Below are positions 10,224-18,602 of a DNA stretch of 32,815 nucleotides, piece after piece (positions within the stretch are counted from its first letter, which is position 1; each line of letters opens with the position of its first letter). Made by a program: the position numbers and the translations under genes. Under the pieces are notes generated by a model, which did no database searches, had not been told where the DNA came from, and was given only the letters and a program-made list of their open reading frames with translations. This stretch comes from Clostridiaceae bacterium (GTDB lineage: Bacteria > Bacillota > Clostridia > Christensenellales > CAG-138): the NCBI GenBank assembly GCA_039683525.1, contig JBDKRF010000016.1:1-32815 (forward strand), written 5' to 3'.

Positions 10224-12179
10224 TTAGTCTTTCAGCTTCTCAAACATCTCGCTGTTGTTTTTGTTAAAGTCTGCGTTTTCGAAGATGTATTCTTTTCTCG
10301 ATTGCACTTTATCGCCCATGAGTACGGTTACGAGGTGCTCGACGTCCGCCGCGTCCTCTATATTCACGCGGATCAGCGCGCGCCCTTCGGGGTTCATCGT
10401 CGTTTCCCAGAGCTGCTCCGGGTTCATTTCACCAAGGCCTTTGTAGCGCTGAATCGTGTAGCCTTTGCCGACCGATTTTGTCGCGGCGCGGAGCTCTTCG
10501 TCGTCATAGCAATAGAGGCGCTTGCTATCCTTTTGCACCTTGTAGAGCGGCGAAAGCCCGATATATACGTGCCCTTCGGTGATGAGTTCCTTCATATAAC
10601 GGTAGAAGAAGGTCAACAGGATCGCGCGGATATGCGCGCCGTCCTGATCCGCGTCCGACAGGATGATGATCTTGTCGTAATTCAACGCGGAGATATCGAA
10701 GTCCTCACCGATGCCGGTGCCGACCGCGGTGATGATCGAGCGGAATTCTTCGTTTTGCAGCACCTGGTCGATGCGCTTTTTCTCGACGTTCAGGGGCTTA
10801 CCGCGCAGCGGCAGAATCGCCTGAAACTTCCGGTCGCGTCCCTGCTTGGCGGAACCGCCCGCGCTGTCTCCCTCGACGATGAATAGTTCGTTTCTGCTGT
10901 AGTCTCTGCCGGAGCAGCTACTGAGCTTGCCCACCAGCGGCGCGTTTTCGAGCTTATTCTTCTCGCGCGCGGTGGCCTTCGCTTTGCGCGCGGCTTCGCG
11001 CACCTTTGCGGCCTTGACCGCTTTTTCCGCGATGATGGTCGCGACTTCGCCGTGCTTGAGATCCTCTAAGTACGGCGTGAGTTGCTCGGTGACGACGCTC
11101 TCCACCGCGGGGCGCGCCTCCGTGTTGCCGAGCTTGGTCTTGGTCTGCCCCTCAAACTGGATCGTACGCATTTTGAGCGAGAGCACGGCGGTGATTCCCT
11201 CACGGAAGTCCTCGCCGGTGAGCGGCGCATCCTTGTCCTTGAGGTAGCCCATCTTGCGGCAATAGTCGTTAAGCACCTTTGTGAGCGCGGCCTTGAGACC
11301 CGTCTCGTGCGTGCCGCCCTCGGTGGTGGGGATGTTGTTGACATAGGAGAAGATGTTGTCCGCGTATCCGTCGTTGTGCTGGAGCGCGACTTCGACGATG
11401 ATGCCGCCAGAGGAACCGGAAAAGTGGATCGGCGGCTCGTAGAGCGGCGTCTTGTCGCCGTTGAGATAGCTCACAAAATCGCTTAAGCCACCGTTAAACT
11501 GATACTCGGTCTTCTTCTGATGCCCGATGCGTTCATCCAAAAGCGTCATTTTGGTGCCGCGGTTGAGGTAAGACAGCTCACGGATGCGCTTTACGATACT
11601 GTCATAGCTCATCTCCACGGTCTCAAACACTCTCGCGTCGGGCATGAACGTCACGCTCGTGCCCTGACGGCGCGTGCGGCCAATTTCTTCCAGGGGAGCG
11701 ACCGCTTTGCCGGAGATGATCTTGCCGGTCGCGTCCTCTTCGCTGGTGAAGCGCATTTTATAAAGCCTGCCGTCGGTCGCAACCTCGACCTCGACCCATT
11801 CGGACAGTGCGTTGACCACCGATGCGCCGACGCCGTGGAGCCCGCCGGAATAGCCGTAGGAATCGTTGCCGAATTTGCCGCCCGCGTGCAGCTGGGTAAA
11901 GACGACCTCCACGCCGGAGACGCCCATCTTTTCGTGAATCTGCACGGGAATGCCGCGGCCGTTGTCCACGACCGTGACGGAGTTATCCTTATGGATCGTC
12001 ACCGCGATCTCGTTGGCGTAGCCGTTTGCAGCCTCGTCGATCGAGTTATCGATGATTTCCCAGAGAAGGTGGTGGAGACCACGCTGACCCGTCGAGCCGA
12101 TGTACATGCCCGGGCGCATGCGAACGGCGTCCAATCCTTCCATGATTTTGATTTTGTCTACTGTATAATCCGATGCCAT
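10224..12179 (-). CDS. parE: type IIA topoisomerase subunit B (GyrB/ParE family; ParE-like by pairing)
   Basis: The start is set at ATG 12179, 5 nt after AGGAG (MASDYTVDKIKIMEGLDAVRMRPGMYIGST). Motifs present: GHKL EIIDNSIDEA and GLHGVG, QTKTKLGN, and TOPRIM EGDSAGGSAKQGRDRKFQAILPLRGKPLNVEK with SDADQDGAHI. Confidence 0.88.
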   Translation of the reverse strand: MASDYTVDKIKIMEGLDAVRMRPGMYIGSTGQRGLHHLLWEIIDNSIDEAANGYANEIAVTIHKDNSVTVVDNGRGIPVQIHEKMGVSGVEVVFTQLHAGGKFGNDSYGYSGGLHGVGASVVNALSEWVEVEVATDGRLYKMRFTSEEDATGKIISGKAVAPLEEIGRTRRQGTSVTFMPDARVFETVEMSYDSIVKRIRELSYLNRGTKMTLLDERIGHQKKTEYQFNGGLSDFVSYLNGDKTPLYEPPIHFSGSSGGIIVEVALQHNDGYADNIFSYVNNIPTTEGGTHETGLKAALTKVLNDYCRKMGYLKDKDAPLTGEDFREGITAVLSLKMRTIQFEGQTKTKLGNTEARPAVESVVTEQLTPYLEDLKHGEVATIIAEKAVKAAKVREAARKAKATAREKNKLENAPLVGKLSSCSGRDYSRNELFIVEGDSAGGSAKQGRDRKFQAILPLRGKPLNVEKKRIDQVLQNEEFRSIITAVGTGIGEDFDISALNYDKIIILSDADQDGAHIRAILLTFFYRYMKELITEGHVYIGLSPLYKVQKDSKRLYCYDDEELRAATKSVGKGYTIQRYKGLGEMNPEQLWETTMNPEGRALIRVNIEDAADVEHLVTVLMGDKVQSRKEYIFENADFNKNNSEMFEKLKD

Positions 12180-12262
12180 AAAGACTCCTGTTCTCAAGCC
12201 GAAATAGCGATAATAATTTTGATTTTATCTACTGAGTCATCCGATGCCGTAAAGACTCCTGT
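12145..12262 (-). repeat. 47-nt direct duplication of the parE-like ribosome-binding site and first ~12 codons
   Basis: 12145..12191 and 12216..12262 match at 42 of 47 positions, offset 71 bp. The upstream copy keeps AGGAG but has ACG in place of ATG, and an in-frame TGA replaces TAT. Confidence 0.85.
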
Positions 12263-12511
12263 CCCGAACAAAAAGAATGTTCGAAAGCAAATCGGCGGGG
12301 AACCGCCGAAAAAAACAAAGAACTCCTGCAAAAACGAAGAAATCCGCTGTTTCTGCGGGTTTTGCAGGTGGTTTGAATGTGCCTTACACCATATCTGGCA
12401 CGAAGATAAACACAGTATACCATAGTTTGTGTCGCACCGGAACCCATCCGGGACCCTGCCGACAGGCTCAAACATGCAAACGAACGTTTATTTTCAAAAA
12501 ATTCAAAAAAA

Positions 12512-12564
12512 GTGGGCAAAAAATACATGAAAGTGGTGACAAATGGGGGATTGTGGTGTATACT
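12512..12564 (+). promoter_or_regulatory. dcw promoter overlapped by MraZ-box-like GTGG(G/T) direct repeats
   Basis: -35 GTGACA (12536..12541), a 17-nt spacer, then -10 TATACT (12559..12564). GTGGG is at 12512, GTGGT at 12533, TGGGG at 12544 and GTGGT at 12553; the last three have roughly 10-bp phasing. Confidence 0.55.
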
Positions 12565-12629
12565 CATCGTAAGTCTGGGGGAAGTATATCCTTATTAAAT
12601 AGTATTTACTTGCCGGAGGAGGGAAACGC

Positions 12630-13076
12630 GTGCTGATCGGTTCTTTCGAACATATGCTGGATGCTAAAGGCCGCGTATTTATCCCGGCGAAGTGGCGGGA
12701 AAGCGTGGGAGATACGCTTGTCATCACCCTTGGCTTATTGGAGTCCACGAGTGCCGCATGCCTCACCGGCAGATCGCTGGAAGAGTGGGAACGCTTTTCG
12801 CAGAAGCTCTCCGCGCTTGCGGTGAGCGACACGCAGGGTCAGGCGATCCGCAGAAAGCTCTATTCCATGGCGGCGGCCTGCGAAATCGACAAGCAGGGTC
12901 GCATCCTCATCCCCGCGCAGCTGCGCGAACTCACGGGCTTAAACAAGGACGCAACGCTGATTGGCGTTGGCGAACGTGTAGAGATTTGGAATCCGGAAGC
13001 GCTGGCTGCCTATAACGCAGCAAGCGAGGAGAACTATAGCGAGGCGCTGGCACATCTGGCGACACTCGGCATATGA
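12630..13076 (+). CDS. mraZ: division/cell wall cluster transcriptional regulator MraZ
   Basis: 148 aa with a GTG start after GGAGGAGGG. Both DxxxR-type half-domain motifs are present (LDAKGRVFIP and IDKQGRILIP). Confidence 0.93.
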   Translation: MLIGSFEHMLDAKGRVFIPAKWRESVGDTLVITLGLLESTSAACLTGRSLEEWERFSQKLSALAVSDTQGQAIRRKLYSMAAACEIDKQGRILIPAQLRELTGLNKDATLIGVGERVEIWNPEALAAYNAASEENYSEALAHLATLGI

Positions 13077-14014
13077 GCGAGCAATTTACACACATTCCGG
13101 TGCTGCTGAACGAAACGCTGGCGCTGCTTGCGCCGGAGCGCGGCGGCATCTTTGTAGACGGAACACTCGGTGGCGGCGGCCATGCCGAGGCGGTATTATC
13201 TATTCTGCCGCAGACCGGCAGACTCATTGGAATTGACAGGGACTGGGAAGCCGTGCACGCGGCGGGGGACCGGCTATCTTCGTTTGGAAGCCGATTTACC
13301 GCGTTGCACGGCAACTTTTTTGATATGAAGGCGTTGCTGACCGCGGCGGGTATCGCGGAGGTCAACGGAATCCTGCTCGATCTCGGCGTATCGTCTCACC
13401 AGCTGGATACGCAGGAGCGCGGATTTTCCTATAAGACGGATGCACCGCTGGACATGCGCATGGACCAGGGCGCACGCCTTTCTGCAAAGGACATCATCAA
13501 CACTTACTCCGAAGCGGAGCTCACGCGCATCTTTTTTGCTTACGGAGAAGAGCGTTTCAGCCGTAGAATTGCGGACAAGATTTGTCACGCACGTGAACAA
13601 TATCCCATCGAGACCACCCTTCAGCTGGCGCAGATCGTGCGCGACGCCATCCCGGGCAAGTACCGCAATGAGCCGCAACACCCCGCGCGCAGGACGTTTC
13701 AGGCGCTAAGAATCGAGGTAAACGGCGAGTTGAGCGGGCTGGACCAGGCGGTGGAGCAGGCCTGCGATCTGTTGCAAAAAGGCGGAAGACTGTGTATAAT
13801 TACATTTCATTCACTGGAGGATCGTATTGTCAAGCAGGCATTCCGACGTTTTGAGAACCCCTGCACGTGTCCGCCTTCCGCGCCGATCTGCATCTGCGGT
13901 AAGCAACCGAAGGCGAAGATCCTCACCAAGAAACCGCTGACCGCCTCCGCTGAAGAGGAAGCGCAGAACTCCCGCTCGACCAGTGCAAAACTCCGCTGCA
14001 TCGAAAAGATCTAG
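13073..14014 (+). CDS. rsmH: 16S rRNA (cytosine1402-N4)-methyltransferase RsmH
   Basis: 313 aa with HIPVLLNE, GTLGGGGHA, DLGVSSHQLD..RGFS and ITFHSLEDRIVK. Its start overlaps the mraZ stop in ATGA. Confidence 0.95.
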   Translation: MSEQFTHIPVLLNETLALLAPERGGIFVDGTLGGGGHAEAVLSILPQTGRLIGIDRDWEAVHAAGDRLSSFGSRFTALHGNFFDMKALLTAAGIAEVNGILLDLGVSSHQLDTQERGFSYKTDAPLDMRMDQGARLSAKDIINTYSEAELTRIFFAYGEERFSRRIADKICHAREQYPIETTLQLAQIVRDAIPGKYRNEPQHPARRTFQALRIEVNGELSGLDQAVEQACDLLQKGGRLCIITFHSLEDRIVKQAFRRFENPCTCPPSAPICICGKQPKAKILTKKPLTASAEEEAQNSRSTSAKLRCIEKI

Positions 14015-14065
14015 CGAACGATTGCGATCGGGCGGTTATGCCGCGCCGGTGAGCGGAATTTTCGC

Positions 14066-14659
14066 TTGATTGGAAGGGAATTTTCATTGGATATCCGCTT
14101 CGAAGACGATCGCAAAAAAGGTCGTTCACCAACGACCAGACTCTATATGCCAACGAAGGAAGAGCAAGAGGCGTATGAGGCGCGTGCAGCGCGTCCGCAC
14201 AAGGGATCGAGAACCGCCCCGGAGCCCGGTGTTCGCGTCAATAAACCGGAGATGTCTTCGCTCGGGCGCGTCGGCTTGATCATCAGCGGTTTCCTTTTTG
14301 CGGGCATGGTGCTCTTTACGCTCTCCGGCTATGAGCGCATTTCGCGCGCTTATGCGGACATCAACGCGCTCAACAACGAGAGTGACACGACAGACCTGCG
14401 CATCAACGAGCTGGAAGTACAAATCGAGTGCGCGGTGACCATTCAGGATGCGCAGAAGGTTGCGGAAGCATACGGCATGCGCTATCCCGAAAAGAACCAG
14501 TACGTGCGGATCGGAGATCCGCTTCCGTTTGATAATACTACGCCCGCGCCAACCACGATACCGGAAGGCGGGGCGACCACAGCGCCGGAAACGACGCCGG
14601 AACCGACCTCTACTTCAGGCACTTCGGGCGGGGGGGAACAGCCGCCCGCGGGCGGTTGA
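14066..14659 (+). CDS. ftsL: FtsL-like cell-division protein (single TM plus coiled coil, P/T-rich tail)
   Basis: It holds the expected position between rsmH and the PBP. One TM helix (VGLIISGFLFAGMVLFTL) is followed by INALNNESDTTDLRINELEVQIE...AEAYGMRYP. The start is uncertain: TTG 14066, TTG 14087 (8 nt after GGAAGGG) or ATG 14147. Confidence 0.65.
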   Translation: MIGREFSLDIRFEDDRKKGRSPTTRLYMPTKEEQEAYEARAARPHKGSRTAPEPGVRVNKPEMSSLGRVGLIISGFLFAGMVLFTLSGYERISRAYADINALNNESDTTDLRINELEVQIECAVTIQDAQKVAEAYGMRYPEKNQYVRIGDPLPFDNTTPAPTTIPEGGATTAPETTPEPTSTSGTSGGGEQPPAGG

Positions 14660-14682
14660 TCTTACGAAAGGACGATTGACCA

Positions 14683-16908
14683 ATGGCTAAAACAGCGGCC
14701 CCCGCGCCGAAGATTAAACAAAAACTCGTTCTATTAATGGTATTCGCAGGCTTGCTGATGCTGTTGCTTGCGCTTCGCCTCACACAGGTTATGATTATCC
14801 AGGGACCTGAGTTGAAAGCAAAGGCAGAGGTGCAGTGGACGCGTAGGCAGAATTTAGCTGCCCAGCGCGGCAAGATAGTCGACCGAAACGGCCTGGTTCT
14901 CGCGCAGAGCGGAACGGCCTACCGCGTACTCGCCAACCCGCCCGCGATTGCGGCGGATGATCGTGTTCGCGTTGCCACCGAGGTTTCCGAGGTGCTCGGC
15001 CTCAACTATGATTATGTGATGGAGCGCATCTCACCCGATCCGGAAACCGGCAAACTCAGGTTGCAGGTGCAGCTCAAGCGCCAGGTGGAGAGCTCGGTCA
15101 TCGACCAGCTCGAAGCGTTGCAGCTCGGCAACGGTATCTCTTATACCACGGACATGAAGCGCTACTATCCCTTTGGACAGCTTTTTACGCAGCTGATCGG
15201 GTTTACCGGCATCGAGACGGAAGGGCAGACGGGACTGGAAGCGGAATACAACTCCTACCTCGCGGGTACAGCGGGACGCCTCGTTATCGAAGTCGACCGA
15301 AAGAACAATCCGCTTTCCTATGGTGAGCAGGATTACATCGCGGCGATCGAAGGTTATAATATGACGATCACGGCGGATTCCGTAACCCAGAGCTATCTGG
15401 AAAAGTATCTCCAGCAGTGCTACGAGCTAAACCGTGCAACCAGCGTATCGGGACTCATCATGAACCCAAACACAGGCGAGATATTGGCGGTTGGCTCCTA
15501 TCCATCCTTTGACCTCAACAACCCGCCGCGTGATATGGTAACCGAGCTCATGTCGATGTCCCGTGTGCGCTCTGTGACGGATACTTACGAAGCCGGCTCC
15601 ATGTTTGACGTGATCACCGCAGCGGCTGCGTTGGATTCCGGCTCTACGACGGAGGCCAGCAGCTATAAATGCGAAGGGTTTAAGATCTTCCGACTGGAGC
15701 GCGTGCCCTGCTGGAATACAAAAGGACACGGAAGCGAAACACTCTCTGAAGCACTGAATAACTCCTGCAACCTCGCGATGTCGGATATGGCGCTTGCGAC
15801 CGGAATCAACAAGTTCTACGACTACATCTATAACTTCGGCTTCGGTACGGAGACGAACGTCGGCATCCCTAGTGAAGACACCGGCGAAGTCATCCATCGC
15901 AAATACATTCGCGAAAGCGATTTATCCAAGATCGCGTTTGGCGAAAACATCACCACGACCGGAATTCAAATGGCAAATGCGTTTTGTGCGATCATCAACG
16001 GCGGAACGCTCATGCAGCCGTATGTGGTGGATAACATCACCTCGACGGACGGTACCATCATCGTGAAGAACGAGCCGACCATTCTGCGCAGAGTCAACCG
16101 CGCTAGCACTTCCGCAACCATGCGCTCCCTACTGCAAAAAGTAGCGGAGAAGGGTAACGCCAGCAACTCGCAGGTCATCAACTATCCGGTTGGCGGGTTC
16201 AGCGGGGTTTCGCGCAAGTTTGCGGAGGACGGGGTAACGCCCGATCGCATGCGCGTAGTTGCCTCATACATCGGCTTCTTACCGGTCAATGATCCCCAGC
16301 TTGTCTGCATGCTCATCATAGACGAGCCGCAGGTGCCCTATATGGAAGCGAGCAGCATTGCAGGCTATTGGGCATCCAAGATCCTGACCGATCTCGTGCA
16401 GTATTACGGCATTCTGCCGGATCTGGACACCAAGACGAAGACTTCCACCGTGCCAAACGTGACGGGTATGACGGCAAGAGATGCGGTTTATGCGCTCAAG
16501 CAAGAGGGATTTCAGGCGTACACCGTTCCGAGCGAGGATGCAGCAGGCGTTGTTGCACAATATCCTGCCGGAAATACGGAAGCGCCCTCCGGCTCCATCG
16601 TGATACTCTATACATCCATGACGACGTTTAACGATGACCAGCTCTACAAAGAACAAGTCGTCGTGCCGAACCTCGTCGAACGCCGCAGACAGGATGCATT
16701 TGACACACTCGCGAAACTCGGGTTGGTCCTGAGCTTTGATAAGACCCAATGCACCGGACAGATCGATACCCAGTCCATCGAGGCGGGCACAAAGGTTGAT
16801 CCGGGAACGGTGATCTACGTGACGTTCCCCAAACCTTCTCCTTCGCCTTCGACATCTCCGGACGCGAACGCGACGCCAGCCGCGCCGACACCGCTGCCGG
16901 AAGGATGA
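14683..16908 (+). CDS. class B penicillin-binding protein homologue (FtsI/PBP2B/SpoVD family, two PASTA domains) with degenerate catalytic motifs
   Basis: 741 aa with an N-terminal TM anchor and RGKIVDRNG. The transpeptidase fold aligns well with SpoVD-type sequences, and two PASTA repeats follow (VPNVTGMTARDA..., VPNLVERRRQDA...). The motifs read S306-M-F-D309, S361-C-N and F506-S-G. Confidence 0.9.
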   Translation: MAKTAAPAPKIKQKLVLLMVFAGLLMLLLALRLTQVMIIQGPELKAKAEVQWTRRQNLAAQRGKIVDRNGLVLAQSGTAYRVLANPPAIAADDRVRVATEVSEVLGLNYDYVMERISPDPETGKLRLQVQLKRQVESSVIDQLEALQLGNGISYTTDMKRYYPFGQLFTQLIGFTGIETEGQTGLEAEYNSYLAGTAGRLVIEVDRKNNPLSYGEQDYIAAIEGYNMTITADSVTQSYLEKYLQQCYELNRATSVSGLIMNPNTGEILAVGSYPSFDLNNPPRDMVTELMSMSRVRSVTDTYEAGSMFDVITAAAALDSGSTTEASSYKCEGFKIFRLERVPCWNTKGHGSETLSEALNNSCNLAMSDMALATGINKFYDYIYNFGFGTETNVGIPSEDTGEVIHRKYIRESDLSKIAFGENITTTGIQMANAFCAIINGGTLMQPYVVDNITSTDGTIIVKNEPTILRRVNRASTSATMRSLLQKVAEKGNASNSQVINYPVGGFSGVSRKFAEDGVTPDRMRVVASYIGFLPVNDPQLVCMLIIDEPQVPYMEASSIAGYWASKILTDLVQYYGILPDLDTKTKTSTVPNVTGMTARDAVYALKQEGFQAYTVPSEDAAGVVAQYPAGNTEAPSGSIVILYTSMTTFNDDQLYKEQVVVPNLVERRRQDAFDTLAKLGLVLSFDKTQCTGQIDTQSIEAGTKVDPGTVIYVTFPKPSPSPSTSPDANATPAAPTPLPEG

Positions 16909-17025
16909 CGCGCGGTACAGGGCTATGATGATTGTTCCGCCGGACGGTGTACCCGCACGGTGAATGATATACCGATTTCTATTTTCAAAGGGCGCGGAAG
17001 GTTCCGCGCGACGGGAGGTAACGAC

Positions 17026-18459
17026 ATGCTGCTTTCGGAACTGGCAATGGCATCCGGCCTGCGCTATGAAGGCGAAGATACGGATATCGTCTCCATTGAA
17101 TACGACTCAAGAAAAGTGAAAAAAGGCAGCCTGTTTTGCTGCATCGTGGGTTCGCTGCTCGACGGGCATACGTTTGCCGAGGGTGCGATTCAAAACGGTG
17201 CAACGGCACTGTTGGTTGAGCGGGAGCTTCCGGTTCCCGTGCCGCAGCTCGTGGTCAAAAACGCGCGCAAAGCGATGGCCGAAATGGCTGCCGCGTTCTA
17301 TGGATATCCCCAGCGTGAGATGATGATGTTGGGCGTCACCGGCACGAACGGCAAGACCACCACGACCTATATGGTCAAGGCGATTGCCGAGCAGGCGGGC
17401 AAGAAGGTCGGCGTCATCGGCACAATCCGCAACCTCATCGGCAACGAAAGCATCCACACAGACCGCACCACGCCGGAATCGGTCGATCTCTTCCGCATCC
17501 TGCGCATGATGGCGGATGCGCATGTTGACCTCGTCGTGATGGAGACAAGCTCCCACGCGTTGGAGCAATTCCGCGTTCACGGCATTAAGTTTGATGTAGG
17601 TCTGTTTACCAACCTCACACAAGACCATTTGGATTATCATAAATCGTTTGACAACTATCTTGCCGCGAAGAAGATTCTCTTCCTCAACAGCAAAAAGGCT
17701 GTCGTCAACGTGGACGATCCCTACTCCGCGCGCATCATGGAAGGCTTAACGATTCCGATTCTTACCTTCGGCGTGCGCGACCGCGCGGATATCTCCGCGA
17801 CGGATATCGACATCACGACCGACGGCGTCCGCTTTGATCTGCATACGCCGGAGGGCGAGGTGCTCATGAATCTTGCGATTCCCGGGCTGTTCTCCGTGTT
17901 TAACGCGATGGGTGCCGCCGGTATGGCGCTTGCGGTCGGCATGAAGCTCAGCGCGATCAAAGCCGGACTGGAATCGCTGACCAGTGTCTCCGGCAGGCTG
18001 GAGCCTGTGAAGACAAACAGGGGATTTTCGGTATTTGTCGACTATGCGCATACGCCCGACGCGTTGGAAAACGTGCTCAAGACCGTGCAGCAGTTTGCAA
18101 AAGGCCGCGTCATCTGCGTCTTTGGCTGCGGCGGAGACAGAGACCGCGCCAAGCGCCCCATCATGGGCGAAATCGCGGGCAGGTTCTCCGAGTTTGCGGT
18201 CATCACGAGCGACAATCCGCGTACGGAAGAACCAATGTCAATCATCGAGTCGATCGAAGAGGGAATGAAGCGAAGCGGAACGAAATACACCGTCATCGAG
18301 AACCGCAAAGAGGCGATCCGCTATGCATTAGCCGCCGCGCAAAACGACGACGTGATCATGATCGCGGGCAAAGGCCACGAGAACTATCAGGAGATCAACG
18401 GCACAAAGTATCACTTTGACGACAAAGAGATTGTCGAGGAGCTGCTCGGCGAGCTGTAA
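17026..18459 (+). CDS. murE: UDP-N-acetylmuramoyl-L-alanyl-D-glutamate--2,6-diaminopimelate ligase
   Basis: The start is set at ATG 17026 after GGGAGG. Motifs present: GVTGTNGKTTT, TTPE, ETSSHAL, FTNLTQDHLDYH, VDYAHTPDALE, GCGGDRDRAKRP and the meso-DAP-type DNPR motif (SDNPRTE). Confidence 0.93.
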   Translation: MLLSELAMASGLRYEGEDTDIVSIEYDSRKVKKGSLFCCIVGSLLDGHTFAEGAIQNGATALLVERELPVPVPQLVVKNARKAMAEMAAAFYGYPQREMMMLGVTGTNGKTTTTYMVKAIAEQAGKKVGVIGTIRNLIGNESIHTDRTTPESVDLFRILRMMADAHVDLVVMETSSHALEQFRVHGIKFDVGLFTNLTQDHLDYHKSFDNYLAAKKILFLNSKKAVVNVDDPYSARIMEGLTIPILTFGVRDRADISATDIDITTDGVRFDLHTPEGEVLMNLAIPGLFSVFNAMGAAGMALAVGMKLSAIKAGLESLTSVSGRLEPVKTNRGFSVFVDYAHTPDALENVLKTVQQFAKGRVICVFGCGGDRDRAKRPIMGEIAGRFSEFAVITSDNPRTEEPMSIIESIEEGMKRSGTKYTVIENRKEAIRYALAAAQNDDVIMIAGKGHENYQEINGTKYHFDDKEIVEELLGEL

Positions 18460-18480
18460 TTCAAACGAAAATAACAAACA

Positions 18481-18596
18481 ACCGCAAGTAACGCTTGAAC
18501 ATACAGGCTGCTTGCGGTATTTGTTTGCCGCGCAGGCGGCAAACAAACATCCCGCCGTTTTGGGGATTGTCCCAAGCGTATTTTCGGGGGTATAAT
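18481..18596 (+). promoter_or_regulatory. murE-mraY spacer: two strong hairpins followed by a promoter-like element abutting the mraY start
   Basis: Hairpin 1 is ACCGCAAG / CTTGCGGT (18481..18518). Hairpin 2 is a 12-bp stem TTTGTTTGCCGC-GCAG-GCGGCAAACAAA (18520..18547). Then come TTGTCC (18567..18572), an 18-nt spacer and TATAAT (18591..18596), 6 nt before ATG 18603. Confidence 0.4.
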
Positions 18597-18602
18597 ACCG
18601 AT

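Noticed and set aside
7685-12425. Several 160-300-aa plus-strand ORFs (7685..8191, 8457..9026, 8963..9628, 9975..10886, 11520..12425)
   Set aside because: All are antisense to the two topoisomerase genes. They have low-complexity Arg/Asp/His-rich translations and no start context.
15658-15669. SSYK 20 residues downstream as the real SxxK motif of the PBP
   Set aside because: Alignment with SpoVD-type sequences puts SSYK in the loop before the conserved Cys (YCKGK in SpoVD). The helix-N-terminal nucleophile position corresponds to GSMFDVITAAAAL.
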